Source: a virus. From it: a stretch of DNA of 64,000 nt. Of the stretch, positions 42,756 to 51,698 are shown piece after piece. The translations under genes were made by a program, and so were the position numbers. Under the pieces are notes generated by a model. It searched no databases, was not told the origin of the DNA, and worked only from the letters and a program-made list of their open reading frames with translations. Position 1 is the stretch's first letter. Each line of letters begins with the position of its first letter. The stretch covers positions 6,489 to 70,488 of IMG/VR virus record IMGVR_UViG_3300020578_000052. One strand, written 5' to 3'.

Positions 42756-42878
42756 TTAAATAAAGTACTTCTCAAGACCTTTTGGAAATCTTTTAGCTCT
42801 AACCCATTTTCTGTATGAGCCAACTGATCTAGTTGTAGGTGGCGTATATCTTTTACTTGGCTTTGGGCGTGTATTCAT
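42756..42878 (-). CDS. Small basic protein (40 aa)
   Basis: Hand-translated MNTRPKPSKRYTPP...; overlaps the upstream stop. Confidence 0.35.
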   Translation of the reverse strand: MNTRPKPSKRYTPPTTRSVGSYRKWVRAKRFPKGLEKYFI

Positions 42879-43093
42879 CTTACTTTCTTTACTCCATTTA
42901 TCCAAACTGCAACATTGTCTTTGTCTAAAGACGCTTTAAACTTTTGAAGGGTATCATATAATTCATTAGCTTGATCTTTTGTTAAACCCGGATATGCAGT
43001 AAACTTTACATTCATTTCTTTTAATTGCTCAAAAGAAGTACTTGCTGGTGCTAAATAAAATTTTGCTCTTAACATTTTTTCTTCGTCTGTCAT
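42875..43093 (-). CDS. Hypothetical protein
   Basis: ORF track. Confidence 0.5.
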   Translation of the reverse strand: MTDEEKMLRAKFYLAPASTSFEQLKEMNVKFTAYPGLTKDQANELYDTLQKFKASLDKDNVAVWINGVKKVR

Positions 43094-43094
43094 C

Positions 43095-44528
43095 TTAACC
43101 CTTATTTTCTTGTTGTTTTTTTGGTTTATTCAATTTTATCACAAAATCATCATTATAGTCGATATAAAAAACAGTGCCTTTGGGGATTTGGTCTTCCATT
43201 ATTGTATCAGCAATTAAATTTTCAATATGATCTCGCCTTATTTGAGATAAACCCCTAGCGCCTTTGATTGTATCTATACCCTTATCTATTAAAGCATCTA
43301 CTACAGAATCTGTATAAATTAAAGAGTAGCCTTTATTTAAAAGTTTTGTTTTAACTACGGACATTTCTATTTCTGCAATCTGCAATAGATCTTTTCTTGA
43401 AAGATGATTAAACACAATAACTTTATCAACTCTATTGACAAACTCTGGTTTAAAATGTTTACGAACTGCTTCTCTAGTATTTTTTTCTATCATTTCTCTT
43501 TTTGGCACTTGCTGAGTTTTTGAGGCAAATTCTATTCGTCCAGTAAATCCAGCAGACGTTTTTAAAAGATCATCTGATATCTTATCGTTACCAAGGTTGG
43601 TTGTCATGATGATGATTGTATTTCTAAAACTAACTTGACGACCTTTATTATCTGTTAAAGTTCCGTCTTCAAAAACTCTTAAGAATGTATTCCAAATGTC
43701 CTGATGTGCCTTTTCAACTTCATCAAACAAAACAATTGTATTAGGATACCTTTTAATAAGGTTGATTAATTGGCCTCCATCTTCATGGCCTATGTAACCA
43801 GGAGGAGATCCAATAAGTTTTTGGTTCTCATGCTTATGCTGAAGTTCTCCACAATCTATTCTTACCATAGAACTTTCACTACCATAAAGATATTTATGAA
43901 GCGATGAGGCGAGGTGTGTCTTGCCGACTCCAGAAGCTCCAGCAAATAAAAAAACACCTACTGGTCTATTCTCATCATTCATTCCAGCATATGTTCTTTT
44001 TAAAGCTGCGCATACTGCTTCAATAGCTTCATCTTGTCCAATAACATTTTTCTTCAAATGAGACTCTAGTCCTATAAATTTTTCTTTGCTAATTTTTTTA
44101 GGCTTAGGTCTAGGCTTATCTTCAGATGCTCGCTTAGCAGTTTTATTAAGAAAGTCCTCTAACTCGGGTGGAAGATCTGCTAAACCAGGCAAATCGCTTT
44201 TAGTTTTAGGCTGAGGACGTATGGTTACATTGTTTTTTGTGTATGCTAAATCAATCCACTGATCTATATCTAAGCCTGGGTTGAGCATTATGCATCCAGC
44301 ATATAATGCATCTAGGCATTTTTCAGCTGCGGCACGCGACATTGCTCTCAGAGACTCTGATACATCAGTTTTTATATTAAAAATAACTGATTCAAGAATC
44401 GCTTTTCTATATTCTTTATTTGGCCTGTCTTCTATTTCAGACAGAAGTGCCTTGGCTTCTTCTGGCTCAAGAACTTTGTACTTAACATAAGTTGCAAGTT
44501 CTGGCACATAGATTTGGTATATATTCAT
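43095..44528 (-). CDS. ClpA/ClpB-family AAA+ ATPase (single D2 module)
   Basis: VIGQDEA, GASGVGKT, LIGSPPGYIG, LFDEVEKAH, FKPEFVNR, GARGL. Confidence 0.85.
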   Translation of the reverse strand: MNIYQIYVPELATYVKYKVLEPEEAKALLSEIEDRPNKEYRKAILESVIFNIKTDVSESLRAMSRAAAEKCLDALYAGCIMLNPGLDIDQWIDLAYTKNNVTIRPQPKTKSDLPGLADLPPELEDFLNKTAKRASEDKPRPKPKKISKEKFIGLESHLKKNVIGQDEAIEAVCAALKRTYAGMNDENRPVGVFLFAGASGVGKTHLASSLHKYLYGSESSMVRIDCGELQHKHENQKLIGSPPGYIGHEDGGQLINLIKRYPNTIVLFDEVEKAHQDIWNTFLRVFEDGTLTDNKGRQVSFRNTIIIMTTNLGNDKISDDLLKTSAGFTGRIEFASKTQQVPKREMIEKNTREAVRKHFKPEFVNRVDKVIVFNHLSRKDLLQIAEIEMSVVKTKLLNKGYSLIYTDSVVDALIDKGIDTIKGARGLSQIRRDHIENLIADTIMEDQIPKGTVFYIDYNDDFVIKLNKPKKQQENKG

Positions 44529-44737
44529 ATGTAGCCTCTGATCTGCTTTAGAATTATAGTAACACTTTAAAAGTATTTTTTTCTAAAAGCAAAATGTCAG
44601 AATATATAAGTATACTTATATAAGTAAACTTATCTAGATAAGAATAAGATAATTAACGCTTGTATTGAGGACACTTTGGCTACTTTAGCCTTCTTATATA
44701 GAAGTATACTCACGTAATGTGAATCTTGTCAAGTAGT

Positions 44738-44899
44738 TCACGAAATATCTTCTATTGAAGGATGTGGATAAGAACACGGACCAGAAAAATGCCAGTATCT
44801 TAAAAAATCATCTACGGTATTAAATCTTTTATAAAGAAGAACCATTGCTCGTTGAAATTCTAATTTGACATCAATGTTACCTGACGAAACTCGTTTCAT
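44738..44899 (-). CDS. Hypothetical protein (53 aa)
   Basis: Hand-translated MKRVSSGNIDV...; GGAG RBS. Confidence 0.4.
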   Translation of the reverse strand: MKRVSSGNIDVKLEFQRAMVLLYKRFNTVDDFLRYWHFSGPCSYPHPSIEDIS

Positions 44900-44972
44900 T
44901 TAAACTCCAAATCTTGTATACTACGAATTGTTTACTCTACAAGTATATCATTTATAAAATAGAAAGAGTTAT

Positions 44973-45149
44973 ATGACTTACGGTTCACATAAACTTCAAC
45001 AGCTTTATCAGCTGCTTCAAAAAATTGACCTTGCAATTTTAGGTAATGATTGGCAGTCAAAAAAACTTCTTAGAGAACTGAGACACAAAGTAGTTGAAGA
45101 AATAAAAGAGATTAACCACAAGCAAAAGAACATGAATATGGTAAAATAG
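44973..45149 (+). CDS. Hypothetical protein (58 aa)
   Basis: Hand-translated MTYGSHKLQQ...; directly upstream of recA. Confidence 0.4.
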   Translation: MTYGSHKLQQLYQLLQKIDLAILGNDWQSKKLLRELRHKVVEEIKEINHKQKNMNMVK

Positions 45150-45153
45150 ACTT

Positions 45154-46149
45154 ATGTCAGACGATAAATCACTAGAATTAGCAATTGCCCAGCTTGAAAG
45201 ACAGTTTGGTGCTGGTGCAGTTATGCGCCTAGGAACTTCAGATATTCAACCATGGCCGTCAATACCAACTGGAGCATTGTCATTAGACATGATTCTGGGT
45301 AATGGTGGTCTACCTTTGGGTAGGGTGGTTGAAATATATGGAACCGAAGCGTCAGGTAAATCTACAATATCTTTATCGGTTGTTGCACAGGCCCAAAAGA
45401 TGGGACTAAAATGCGCATACATTGATGCAGAGCATGCTCTTGATCCAGTTTATATGCAGGCTCTTGGAGTAGATCTTGATGAATTACTTTTGTCTCAGCC
45501 TGATTATGGCGAGGAGGCGTTGGAGATTGCAGACAAGCTAATCCGCACTGGTGAGATTGGTGTAGTCATTATTGACTCAGTTGCAGCACTTGTACCAAAA
45601 GCTGAGCTGGAAGGAGACATGGAATCTAATCAGATGGGCTTACAAGCTCGCATGATGGCAAAAGGACTTCGTAAGATTGTAGGCCTTGCCGATGAACACA
45701 AAACTCTTGTTATCTTCATTAATCAGATTCGCATGAAGATTGGAGTCATGTTTGGTAATCCAGAAACAACACCAGGTGGTAGATCACTACCTTATGCTGC
45801 GTCAGTTCGCGTTGATGTCCGTAAAAAAGAAGATATCAAGGATAAAGCTGGAGAATCAATAGGCATCAAAGTGAAAGCCAAAGTCATGAAGAATAAGATG
45901 TTTCCACCGCTTAAGGTTACAGAGTTTGATATTTATTATGGTAAAGGTGTGGATAATTTTGGTTGTCTCCTTGATTTAGGTTTGCAGAAAGGAATCTTTA
46001 CCCAACGAGGTGCTTGGGTTTACTATCAAGGTGAGTCCTTCTCTCAAGGAAGAGACAACGCCATTGATAAGATAAAGAAAGATCCTAACTTAACGAAAGA
46101 CATTGAGGAGCAGATCAAGAATGGTTTTCCAGCCAACATTGTGTCCTGA
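45154..46149 (+). CDS. recA: RecA recombinase
   Basis: GRVVEIYG..SGKS, IDAEHALD, DSVAALVP, NQIRMKIGVMFGNPETTPGG. Confidence 0.95.
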   Translation: MSDDKSLELAIAQLERQFGAGAVMRLGTSDIQPWPSIPTGALSLDMILGNGGLPLGRVVEIYGTEASGKSTISLSVVAQAQKMGLKCAYIDAEHALDPVYMQALGVDLDELLLSQPDYGEEALEIADKLIRTGEIGVVIIDSVAALVPKAELEGDMESNQMGLQARMMAKGLRKIVGLADEHKTLVIFINQIRMKIGVMFGNPETTPGGRSLPYAASVRVDVRKKEDIKDKAGESIGIKVKAKVMKNKMFPPLKVTEFDIYYGKGVDNFGCLLDLGLQKGIFTQRGAWVYYQGESFSQGRDNAIDKIKKDPNLTKDIEEQIKNGFPANIVS

Positions 46150-46282
46150 TTGTAAGTATCCTCCAAATCTAATACTCAATGCCTTACCCCAAGAAGATTA
46201 CGAAGACAACAAACAACGTTATGACATAAGATGTCGTGACTGCGGAGACTTTTGGGTGGAAATTGATGAAGAAAGTAATTAG
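46121..46282 (+). CDS. Zn-ribbon protein (53 aa)
   Basis: Hand-translated ...CPDC...CRDCG..W; GAGGAG RBS. Confidence 0.55.
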   Translation: MVFQPTLCPDCKYPPNLILNALPQEDYEDNKQRYDIRCRDCGDFWVEIDEESN

Positions 46283-46488
46283 ATATTACAGACTAATTAA
46301 GTCACAAACAACAAAAACAACAGAAAAAAAACAGAAACCCTCACAGGTTGATAATTATATTTCTTATTATGAGTTGTTTAAATCTATGTCTAAATAGCTC
46401 CACTTTTCCGCCAGCAAAATTTTTTTTGGATTTTTTTAACTTCTCAGCGTTACTATAGGTAATACATCTATCTACAAATAGGGACTTA

Positions 46489-46767
46489 ATGGATTTTTTT
46501 GATCAGTTCATGAGCTTTTTTGAGAATGAAGTATCTCGCCAAGAATTTATGGACTTTTTATTGCCTCAAGGTATGGACACTGAAGAAAAGATGATCACAG
46601 GCTATGTGTCAGACGGGGGCGAAATAGTATTTTCTGTGTTTTCCATGGAAGAATGGAAACTTATTCTAGAAATGTCCAAAATTATAAAGAAAGATGTAGA
46701 AGACATAGTAAAAGACCTCGGCCCAGACGAAGTACATCAACTGTACATTGGTCCAAGCCAAGGCTAA
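46489..46767 (+). CDS. Hypothetical acidic protein
   Basis: ORF; TTACTAT motif upstream. Confidence 0.55.
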   Translation: MDFFDQFMSFFENEVSRQEFMDFLLPQGMDTEEKMITGYVSDGGEIVFSVFSMEEWKLILEMSKIIKKDVEDIVKDLGPDEVHQLYIGPSQG

Positions 46768-46770
46768 TAA

Positions 46771-47310
46771 CTATTGTACAAATACTGTAGGTTGTCCAGA
46801 CAGGTAGTTCTGTTTGTATGCTCCATACACTACACATCCAAAGATTTCCTTGGCTAATCTCTTTGATCTTATATTTCCAAACAAAGATTTCACATATTGA
46901 TGATCAGTGGTATATTCCACTGGTCTTTTTTCATTGCCCTTGGTGCTAAAGCTGTAGATCTTAGACTCTTTCATAGCTAAGAGATTGTGAACACGATGAG
47001 GAACCATTTGATATGGCTCTTCATAATTTACAAAAACGCTGGCATCAAAGTACAGATTTTTATCTAGACACATTCCATATAAAATATTACAATCTACGCC
47101 ATAACCCATAAAGACTATGTGATCATAGCTTTCTCTTAAATATACAAGTAAATCTCTGAAAAGAGCTTTTGTGTTAGCTGTTAAAGACAGCGTCTCATCA
47201 TAGGAGAACAAGTAAACATCGTGTCCTATTGCAAACTCTGTCAGTATGTTGTTGGCTTGAAATAACTTCTGAGATCCTACGATTAGTGATCTGTTTGTTT
47301 TATTAGGCAT
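46771..47310 (-). CDS. Hypothetical protein (degenerate alpha/beta hydrolase-like)
   Basis: 'HIVFMGYG' resembles a nucleophile-elbow strand but lacks Ser. Confidence 0.35.
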   Translation of the reverse strand: MPNKTNRSLIVGSQKLFQANNILTEFAIGHDVYLFSYDETLSLTANTKALFRDLLVYLRESYDHIVFMGYGVDCNILYGMCLDKNLYFDASVFVNYEEPYQMVPHRVHNLLAMKESKIYSFSTKGNEKRPVEYTTDHQYVKSLFGNIRSKRLAKEIFGCVVYGAYKQNYLSGQPTVFVQ

Positions 47311-47323
47311 TGTCTGTATCCGA

Positions 47324-47521
47324 TCAGTCATTGTATCCATAGTTGTCCATATCAAAGTCTACGTACTCGTCTGAGTAACCTTTACCGTAATAGCGTGATG
47401 AATACACTGATATTGGCTCTAGGTCTATCCATTCAGCACATTCAGGGCATTTTACAGATGTGGATACGGCATCTTTGATAATGAATTCTGATCCACATTT
47501 ATCACAACACATGTAGTCCAT
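47324..47521 (-). CDS. Zn-ribbon protein
   Basis: CDKC...CPEC. Confidence 0.55.
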   Translation of the reverse strand: MDYMCCDKCGSEFIIKDAVSTSVKCPECAEWIDLEPISVYSSRYYGKGYSDEYVDFDMDNYGYND

Positions 47522-47853
47522 TTGTAATTTTTCCTTTAGGTGATTGTCGTCGGCTATTTCCGACTTGAGAGAGAACCTATCATATCCACTCAACTTTTGC
47601 AACCTGAAATGCAATATTTCCTGGATTTTTTTGAACCTGTATAGAGGTATATAAAATTCAATAGAAGTAAAAATAGGGGAAAATTTTTAAGGTGGTAATA
47701 GTGAATACACATGTGTCCTTAGACCTTTTAACGTGCCCACCGGGGTATGGGGGGTCTGAAAGAAAGAAAGAAGGTAAGGAAATGTTGTGGATCGAATGGT
47801 TCATGATGTTGATCAAGGCATTCGTGAAGAATGTGGAGAGAGAAGGAGGAGCA

Positions 47854-48384
47854 ATGAAGAAGTTGGCATTGGTTGATGTCGATGGAACGTTGGTCATGAA
47901 GACAAGTGCCAATGGTGATGAGTTTGAAGGGGTAATACCTTTTGGTGAGGACTATTGGGAGTTGTGGAATAAGAGCACTAGTAAGGCTAAGGGTCTTGTT
48001 GGTGGAGTAGAGATGGTGAAGAGATTGAAGAGAGAGGGTTATGTGATTGTGGTAGTTACTGTAAGAGGGGCTAGTGCAAGAGGTGTGACTGTGAAGAAGT
48101 TGAAGGAGATTGGTGTGTGGGATTTGGTAGATCACATGTATTTCAGGCCTTTGGTGTGTGAGCGGTGGTATTGGAAGAAGGAAGAGAATGTTGGTAGGAG
48201 GGATTGGAGAAATGGTCAGAAGTGGGGTTCTGATCAGGTGAAGGATTATTTGATTCCGATTATTGAGAGAAAGTTGGGAGGAAAGTTTGTGGTTGCATTG
48301 GAAGATGAGAATCACGAGGTGATGAGGAAGCATGGGATGATGGTGGTAGATGCGGCAGTGTGGGGAGGAGGAAAGGAAGGATAG
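47854..48384 (+). CDS. HAD-family phosphatase (PNK 3'-phosphatase-like)
   Basis: DVDGTL, VTVR, K, ED motifs; AAGGAGGA RBS at ATG 47854. Confidence 0.75.
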   Translation: MKKLALVDVDGTLVMKTSANGDEFEGVIPFGEDYWELWNKSTSKAKGLVGGVEMVKRLKREGYVIVVVTVRGASARGVTVKKLKEIGVWDLVDHMYFRPLVCERWYWKKEENVGRRDWRNGQKWGSDQVKDYLIPIIERKLGGKFVVALEDENHEVMRKHGMMVVDAAVWGGGKEG

Positions 48385-48407
48385 TTTTATTAACTATTCA
48401 GATAGAA

Positions 48408-48459
48408 GGAAAAGGTGTACTTAGTGCACCTTTTTTTTTATGAGTAGGACCAAGGTCTC
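48408..48459 (+). promoter_or_regulatory. Terminator followed by the conserved TAYGRGTAG + mini-hairpin element
   Basis: AAAAGGTG..CACCTTTT stem, T-run, TATGAGTAGGACCAAGGTCT. Confidence 0.55.
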
Positions 48460-48494
48460 AGAAAGGGGCCGCCTACTTGGAAAGGAGATTAAGG

Positions 48495-48674
48495 ATGTAT
48501 CAGGTTCATAGCCCAGACTTTGGAACTTATACTCTTTGCGCTTCATGTGTAGAAAAGCATAAGCCAAAGTTTAGCAATGCTGAGTTTCTCAGTGTTGTAA
48601 AGCTTAAAGATGCTGACCATATCCCTTGTGACAGCAATGTCTATGCGGAAATGGGATCAGATCTTATCTTTTAA
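48495..48674 (+). CDS. Small Cys-containing early protein
   Basis: AAGGAG RBS; CASC. Confidence 0.55.
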   Translation: MYQVHSPDFGTYTLCASCVEKHKPKFSNAEFLSVVKLKDADHIPCDSNVYAEMGSDLIF

Positions 48675-48740
48675 GCTGAGGCAATCCGAATAAGATTCGG
48701 GGCAATGCATAGCCTGGCAACAGAAGTGCATAATGAAGAC

Positions 48741-48796
48741 GTCCCCCGGGGTTTCGGCCCTGGGGGACTCTTTTTTTACGGGTAGGGCTTTGGCCC
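48741..48796 (+). terminator. UUCG terminator + conserved downstream element
   Basis: GC stem with TTCG loop, T7, TACGGGTAGGGCTTTGGCCC. Confidence 0.75.
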
Positions 48797-48838
48797 CATC
48801 TGCTCGCCTGCGTCTTCATAATCCCTAAGGAGGGGAAC

Positions 48839-49342
48839 ATGAAGGCAAAAGAAAAGAAAATCGGCAGGTTGGCGGAAGCCAAACTGCGGGTTCTCAAGGC
48901 AACACAGGCGGTCGCTTCGGCAAGCGCCGCCCACCTGATGGCCTACCGGGTCTTTAAGGGGTTCTGCGACTCGTACTCAGTGAAGTACGACTCGTCGGGG
49001 TTCCCACAAGACCAAGTGGGCTTCAAGAGGGAGTCCTTTTACCTGGCCGATAAAGTCGGCCAGGCACAGAGGATCCTCTACCAGGTGCTTCAGGACTTGC
49101 GCGATGCAGAAATGCATCTTTCGGAGGTCCTGGAGCTGATGCGTCCAGGAGACGCGACGGTGACGGCAACGTCACGGAACAGGGTCCCATTCATTTCTTC
49201 CATTTCTGGAGGAATGGAAGAGTGGGATCTTCTTCAGGAAAAGATGAGCCCTTCAGACGACAACAGGTCCAAGTGCCAGTGTTGTCGTCGCGAGAAGGCA
49301 CGTCGCAACCCGAACAGCAAGCCCTCAAAGGCTCGCAAGTAA
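48839..49342 (+). CDS. Hypothetical early protein
   Basis: AAGGAGG RBS. Confidence 0.6.
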   Translation: MKAKEKKIGRLAEAKLRVLKATQAVASASAAHLMAYRVFKGFCDSYSVKYDSSGFPQDQVGFKRESFYLADKVGQAQRILYQVLQDLRDAEMHLSEVLELMRPGDATVTATSRNRVPFISSISGGMEEWDLLQEKMSPSDDNRSKCQCCRREKARRNPNSKPSKARK

Positions 49343-49374
49343 AGTGAACCTGAAGACGTAGGTGAGAAGAGATT

Positions 49375-49430
49375 ACCCCCGGGGACTTCGGTCCTCGGGG
49401 GTTTTCTTTTTACGGGTAGGACTTAGGTCC
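49375..49430 (+). terminator. UUCG terminator + conserved downstream element
   Basis: Near-identical to the 48741 and 51577 cassettes. Confidence 0.75.
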
Positions 49431-49490
49431 CTGAACGAAAGGAAAATACCCATGTATCCGATCAACAACCAAAAGAAAGGAGCACGTACC

Positions 49491-49790
49491 ATGCGTGCAA
49501 CATTCATCAGAAGAAGAATTGTAGTGGCTATTGTCGCAGTTCTTGCAATCACAACAGTCATCAAGACTGTTTCATTCATTGGCGATTTCCTCAACGAGGA
49601 TTTTGCCTGCAAACAACAAGTGCAAGTCACTGCAGTGGCTGGTGACACAAAGTCAGAACTTGTTTCACAACAAGTCCAGAGTGGAAACTGCAGTGGCTAT
49701 GAATCACTGCTGTATTACATTACCGACGAATACGGTAGTGACACGCAAATTGGCGAAAAGTTCATCATTCCAGTTAAGAAAGGAAAGTAA
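49491..49790 (+). CDS. Membrane-anchored LysM-like protein (ChiZ/YneA-like)
   Basis: RRR + TM helix, then 'VTAVAGDT...QIGEKFIIP' LysM pattern. Confidence 0.55.
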   Translation: MRATFIRRRIVVAIVAVLAITTVIKTVSFIGDFLNEDFACKQQVQVTAVAGDTKSELVSQQVQSGNCSGYESLLYYITDEYGSDTQIGEKFIIPVKKGK

Positions 49791-49825
49791 AATGAAGAAC
49801 AAAGAAGGGAAGAAGGGAAAGTAAC

Positions 49826-50341
49826 ATGGAAGTAATTGAACTTCTTGAAATGATGATGAATTGTCATCTTGCTATAAAAGAAACTTATTTGCAAGTAGAC
49901 AACATTCTTGGGGGATTTGAAAACGGAGACCCAGAGGGAATTCTTCTGAGGATTCAAGAAACAAGAGAATTAGTAGGTTTTACTCAAGAAGAGGAAGAAG
50001 CTTTAACTATTCTCTTAAACAAGGTGAACTTGCTTCAAGAACAACTTGAATATGCACAGTGGAAGTTTAAGTACGAAGTTCCTGAATACCACGAGACCTA
50101 TGAAGAGTTTGAAAAGCACAAGAACCTTTCTTGCTCATGCAACAGCAAGCGTTTTCGGCATAAGGTTTTGTCTTGCTACGACTTTGAAATCTTTATAAAA
50201 GATCAAGAGATTACGTTGGGTTACCATATTGAGTGTTTTCTTTGTGGGCATTTATACGTTTGGCCTGTTCTACCAGAAGATATAGAAATTGATATTGAGA
50301 TTCCAGAAGAATTTCAACAGAATCCAGAAGATTTGTTTTAA
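49826..50341 (+). CDS. Hypothetical Zn-finger acidic protein
   Basis: CSC...CFLC; acidic tail ending EDLF. Confidence 0.6.
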   Translation: MEVIELLEMMMNCHLAIKETYLQVDNILGGFENGDPEGILLRIQETRELVGFTQEEEEALTILLNKVNLLQEQLEYAQWKFKYEVPEYHETYEEFEKHKNLSCSCNSKRFRHKVLSCYDFEIFIKDQEITLGYHIECFLCGHLYVWPVLPEDIEIDIEIPEEFQQNPEDLF

Positions 50342-50380
50342 CCATGAATACCAACCACAACAACAAGGAGGTAAAGTAAC

Positions 50381-50650
50381 ATGAGCATGTTCGCACGTTC
50401 CTGTACAAACAAGAATTGCCAGGATAATCATCCTGAGCCAATTAAGAAATCAAAGGGCTGGGCTTATTGCCGGCCTTGCTACATCAGAATCTATCCAGAC
50501 GCTGCAGTGCGTAATGGCATAGTCAAGGTGGACCATCCTGTTGTGGAGAAGCACCTTGCGATTAAAGAAAACCGCAAGAAGGCAGAGAAGGTCAAGGCCT
50601 ATTGGGCTAAGCAACCGACACTGTTTGACAGCCTTGAAGGAGGCAAATAA
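50381..50650 (+). CDS. Zn-finger protein with QPTLF motif
   Basis: AAGGAGG RBS; C-x4-C...CRPC. Confidence 0.6.
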   Translation: MSMFARSCTNKNCQDNHPEPIKKSKGWAYCRPCYIRIYPDAAVRNGIVKVDHPVVEKHLAIKENRKKAEKVKAYWAKQPTLFDSLEGGK

Positions 50651-51027
50651 TGAAAATGTTTTACATTATTAGAGGGATTCCCGGTAGCGGGAAAAGCACC
50701 CTTGCCAGGAAGCTGGCACCAAATGCTCACTATGAAGCAGACGCCTATATGGTGGACGCCAATGGTGAATACGCTTTTGACCCCAAGCGGCTGAGCGAAG
50801 TTCACCAAAAGTGCTACGAAGCTGTTCGTAATGCTTTGTTGGACGACACTGAAAACGTCGCTGTTGCTAACACCTTCGTCAAGAGGTGGGAGTACCAGAA
50901 ATACGTAGACCTGGCTGTAGAGCTGGGCGTTGCATACGAGATCATTGTGTGTAACGGTGGTTGGCAAAACGTCCACGGTGTGGGCGAAGATGTCATCCAA
51001 CGCATGAGGAACAACTGGGAGGACTAA
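50650..51027 (+). CDS. P-loop kinase (AAA_33, PNK kinase-like)
   Basis: RGIPGSGKSTLA...NT...NVHGV. Confidence 0.8.
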   Translation: MKMFYIIRGIPGSGKSTLARKLAPNAHYEADAYMVDANGEYAFDPKRLSEVHQKCYEAVRNALLDDTENVAVANTFVKRWEYQKYVDLAVELGVAYEIIVCNGGWQNVHGVGEDVIQRMRNNWED

Positions 51028-51075
51028 TGAGCGATAACAATCCCAAAAAGGAAGGGAAGATTGGAAGGAGGTGAC

Positions 51076-51270
51076 ATGAAAAAGGTAATTGACTCGCGCG
51101 TTTTCAAGGGCGTCGTGGTTCAGCTCAAGTTCGGAGCGAACAGTGGCTACTATGGCGTCATTGGCGGAGAGACAAAGTTTCCGAGGAAAGAACACGGCGT
51201 AACTGACGAGAAGTCAGCACGTGCGTGGCTGAACCTTCTCTGCAGGGAACTCGGTCTGATCAGTCGGTGA
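51076..51270 (+). CDS. Small protein, paralog of an internal module of the 2122-aa protein
   Basis: AAGGAGGT RBS; 'FPRKEHGVTDEKSARAWL'. Confidence 0.65.
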   Translation: MKKVIDSRVFKGVVVQLKFGANSGYYGVIGGETKFPRKEHGVTDEKSARAWLNLLCRELGLISR

Positions 51271-51361
51271 ACGACGAGAATCAGCTGTTAAGTCAAGCGG
51301 GGGTAAAGCCCATCACCCTGGCAACAGAAGGGAAAACTCCGATTCGGAAAGGAGGTGAAAC

Positions 51362-51529
51362 GTGAAAGACATAACAAAGATCCTCGCTCAGAGACATTTA
51401 GGGCCACCAGAGTGTTGGTGCGAGGACTGCAAGGAAGTGTATGCCTATGAGGCAATCCTTCTTGAGGGGAAGCTGACTCCACAAGTCCAGTGGCAACTGA
51501 GCCTGTGGGGGTCGGTAAACGACGATTAG
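51362..51529 (+). CDS. Small Cys-motif protein (55 aa)
   Basis: AAGGAGGT RBS + GTG; ...ECWCEDC...QLSLW. Confidence 0.55.
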   Translation: MKDITKILAQRHLGPPECWCEDCKEVYAYEAILLEGKLTPQVQWQLSLWGSVNDD

Positions 51530-51576
51530 GGCTCCGGTTTACCTAGGCGCAACAGCCGAAACCGTGTCATAGAGAG

Positions 51577-51633
51577 AACCCCTGGGGACTTCGGTCCCTG
51601 GGGGTTTCTTTTTTATGAGTAGGGCTTAGGTCC
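51577..51633 (+). terminator. UUCG terminator + conserved downstream element
   Basis: Stem-TTCG-stem, T-run, TATGAGTAGGGCTTAGGTCC. Confidence 0.75.
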
Positions 51634-51698
51634 TCAAGCACCGTAGGTAGACGGAATCTACCACAACCCTAGTTTAAACTAGGAGAAAGGAAACTGCC

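Noticed and set aside
1-44528. Stop-codon reassignment (code 15/4)
   Set aside because: Long ORFs tile the region under the standard code; the breaks are frame changes, not in-frame stops
47728-48333. 201-aa minus-strand ORF
   Set aside because: Shadow of the C-poor HAD gene; Leu/His/Pro composition reflects strand skew
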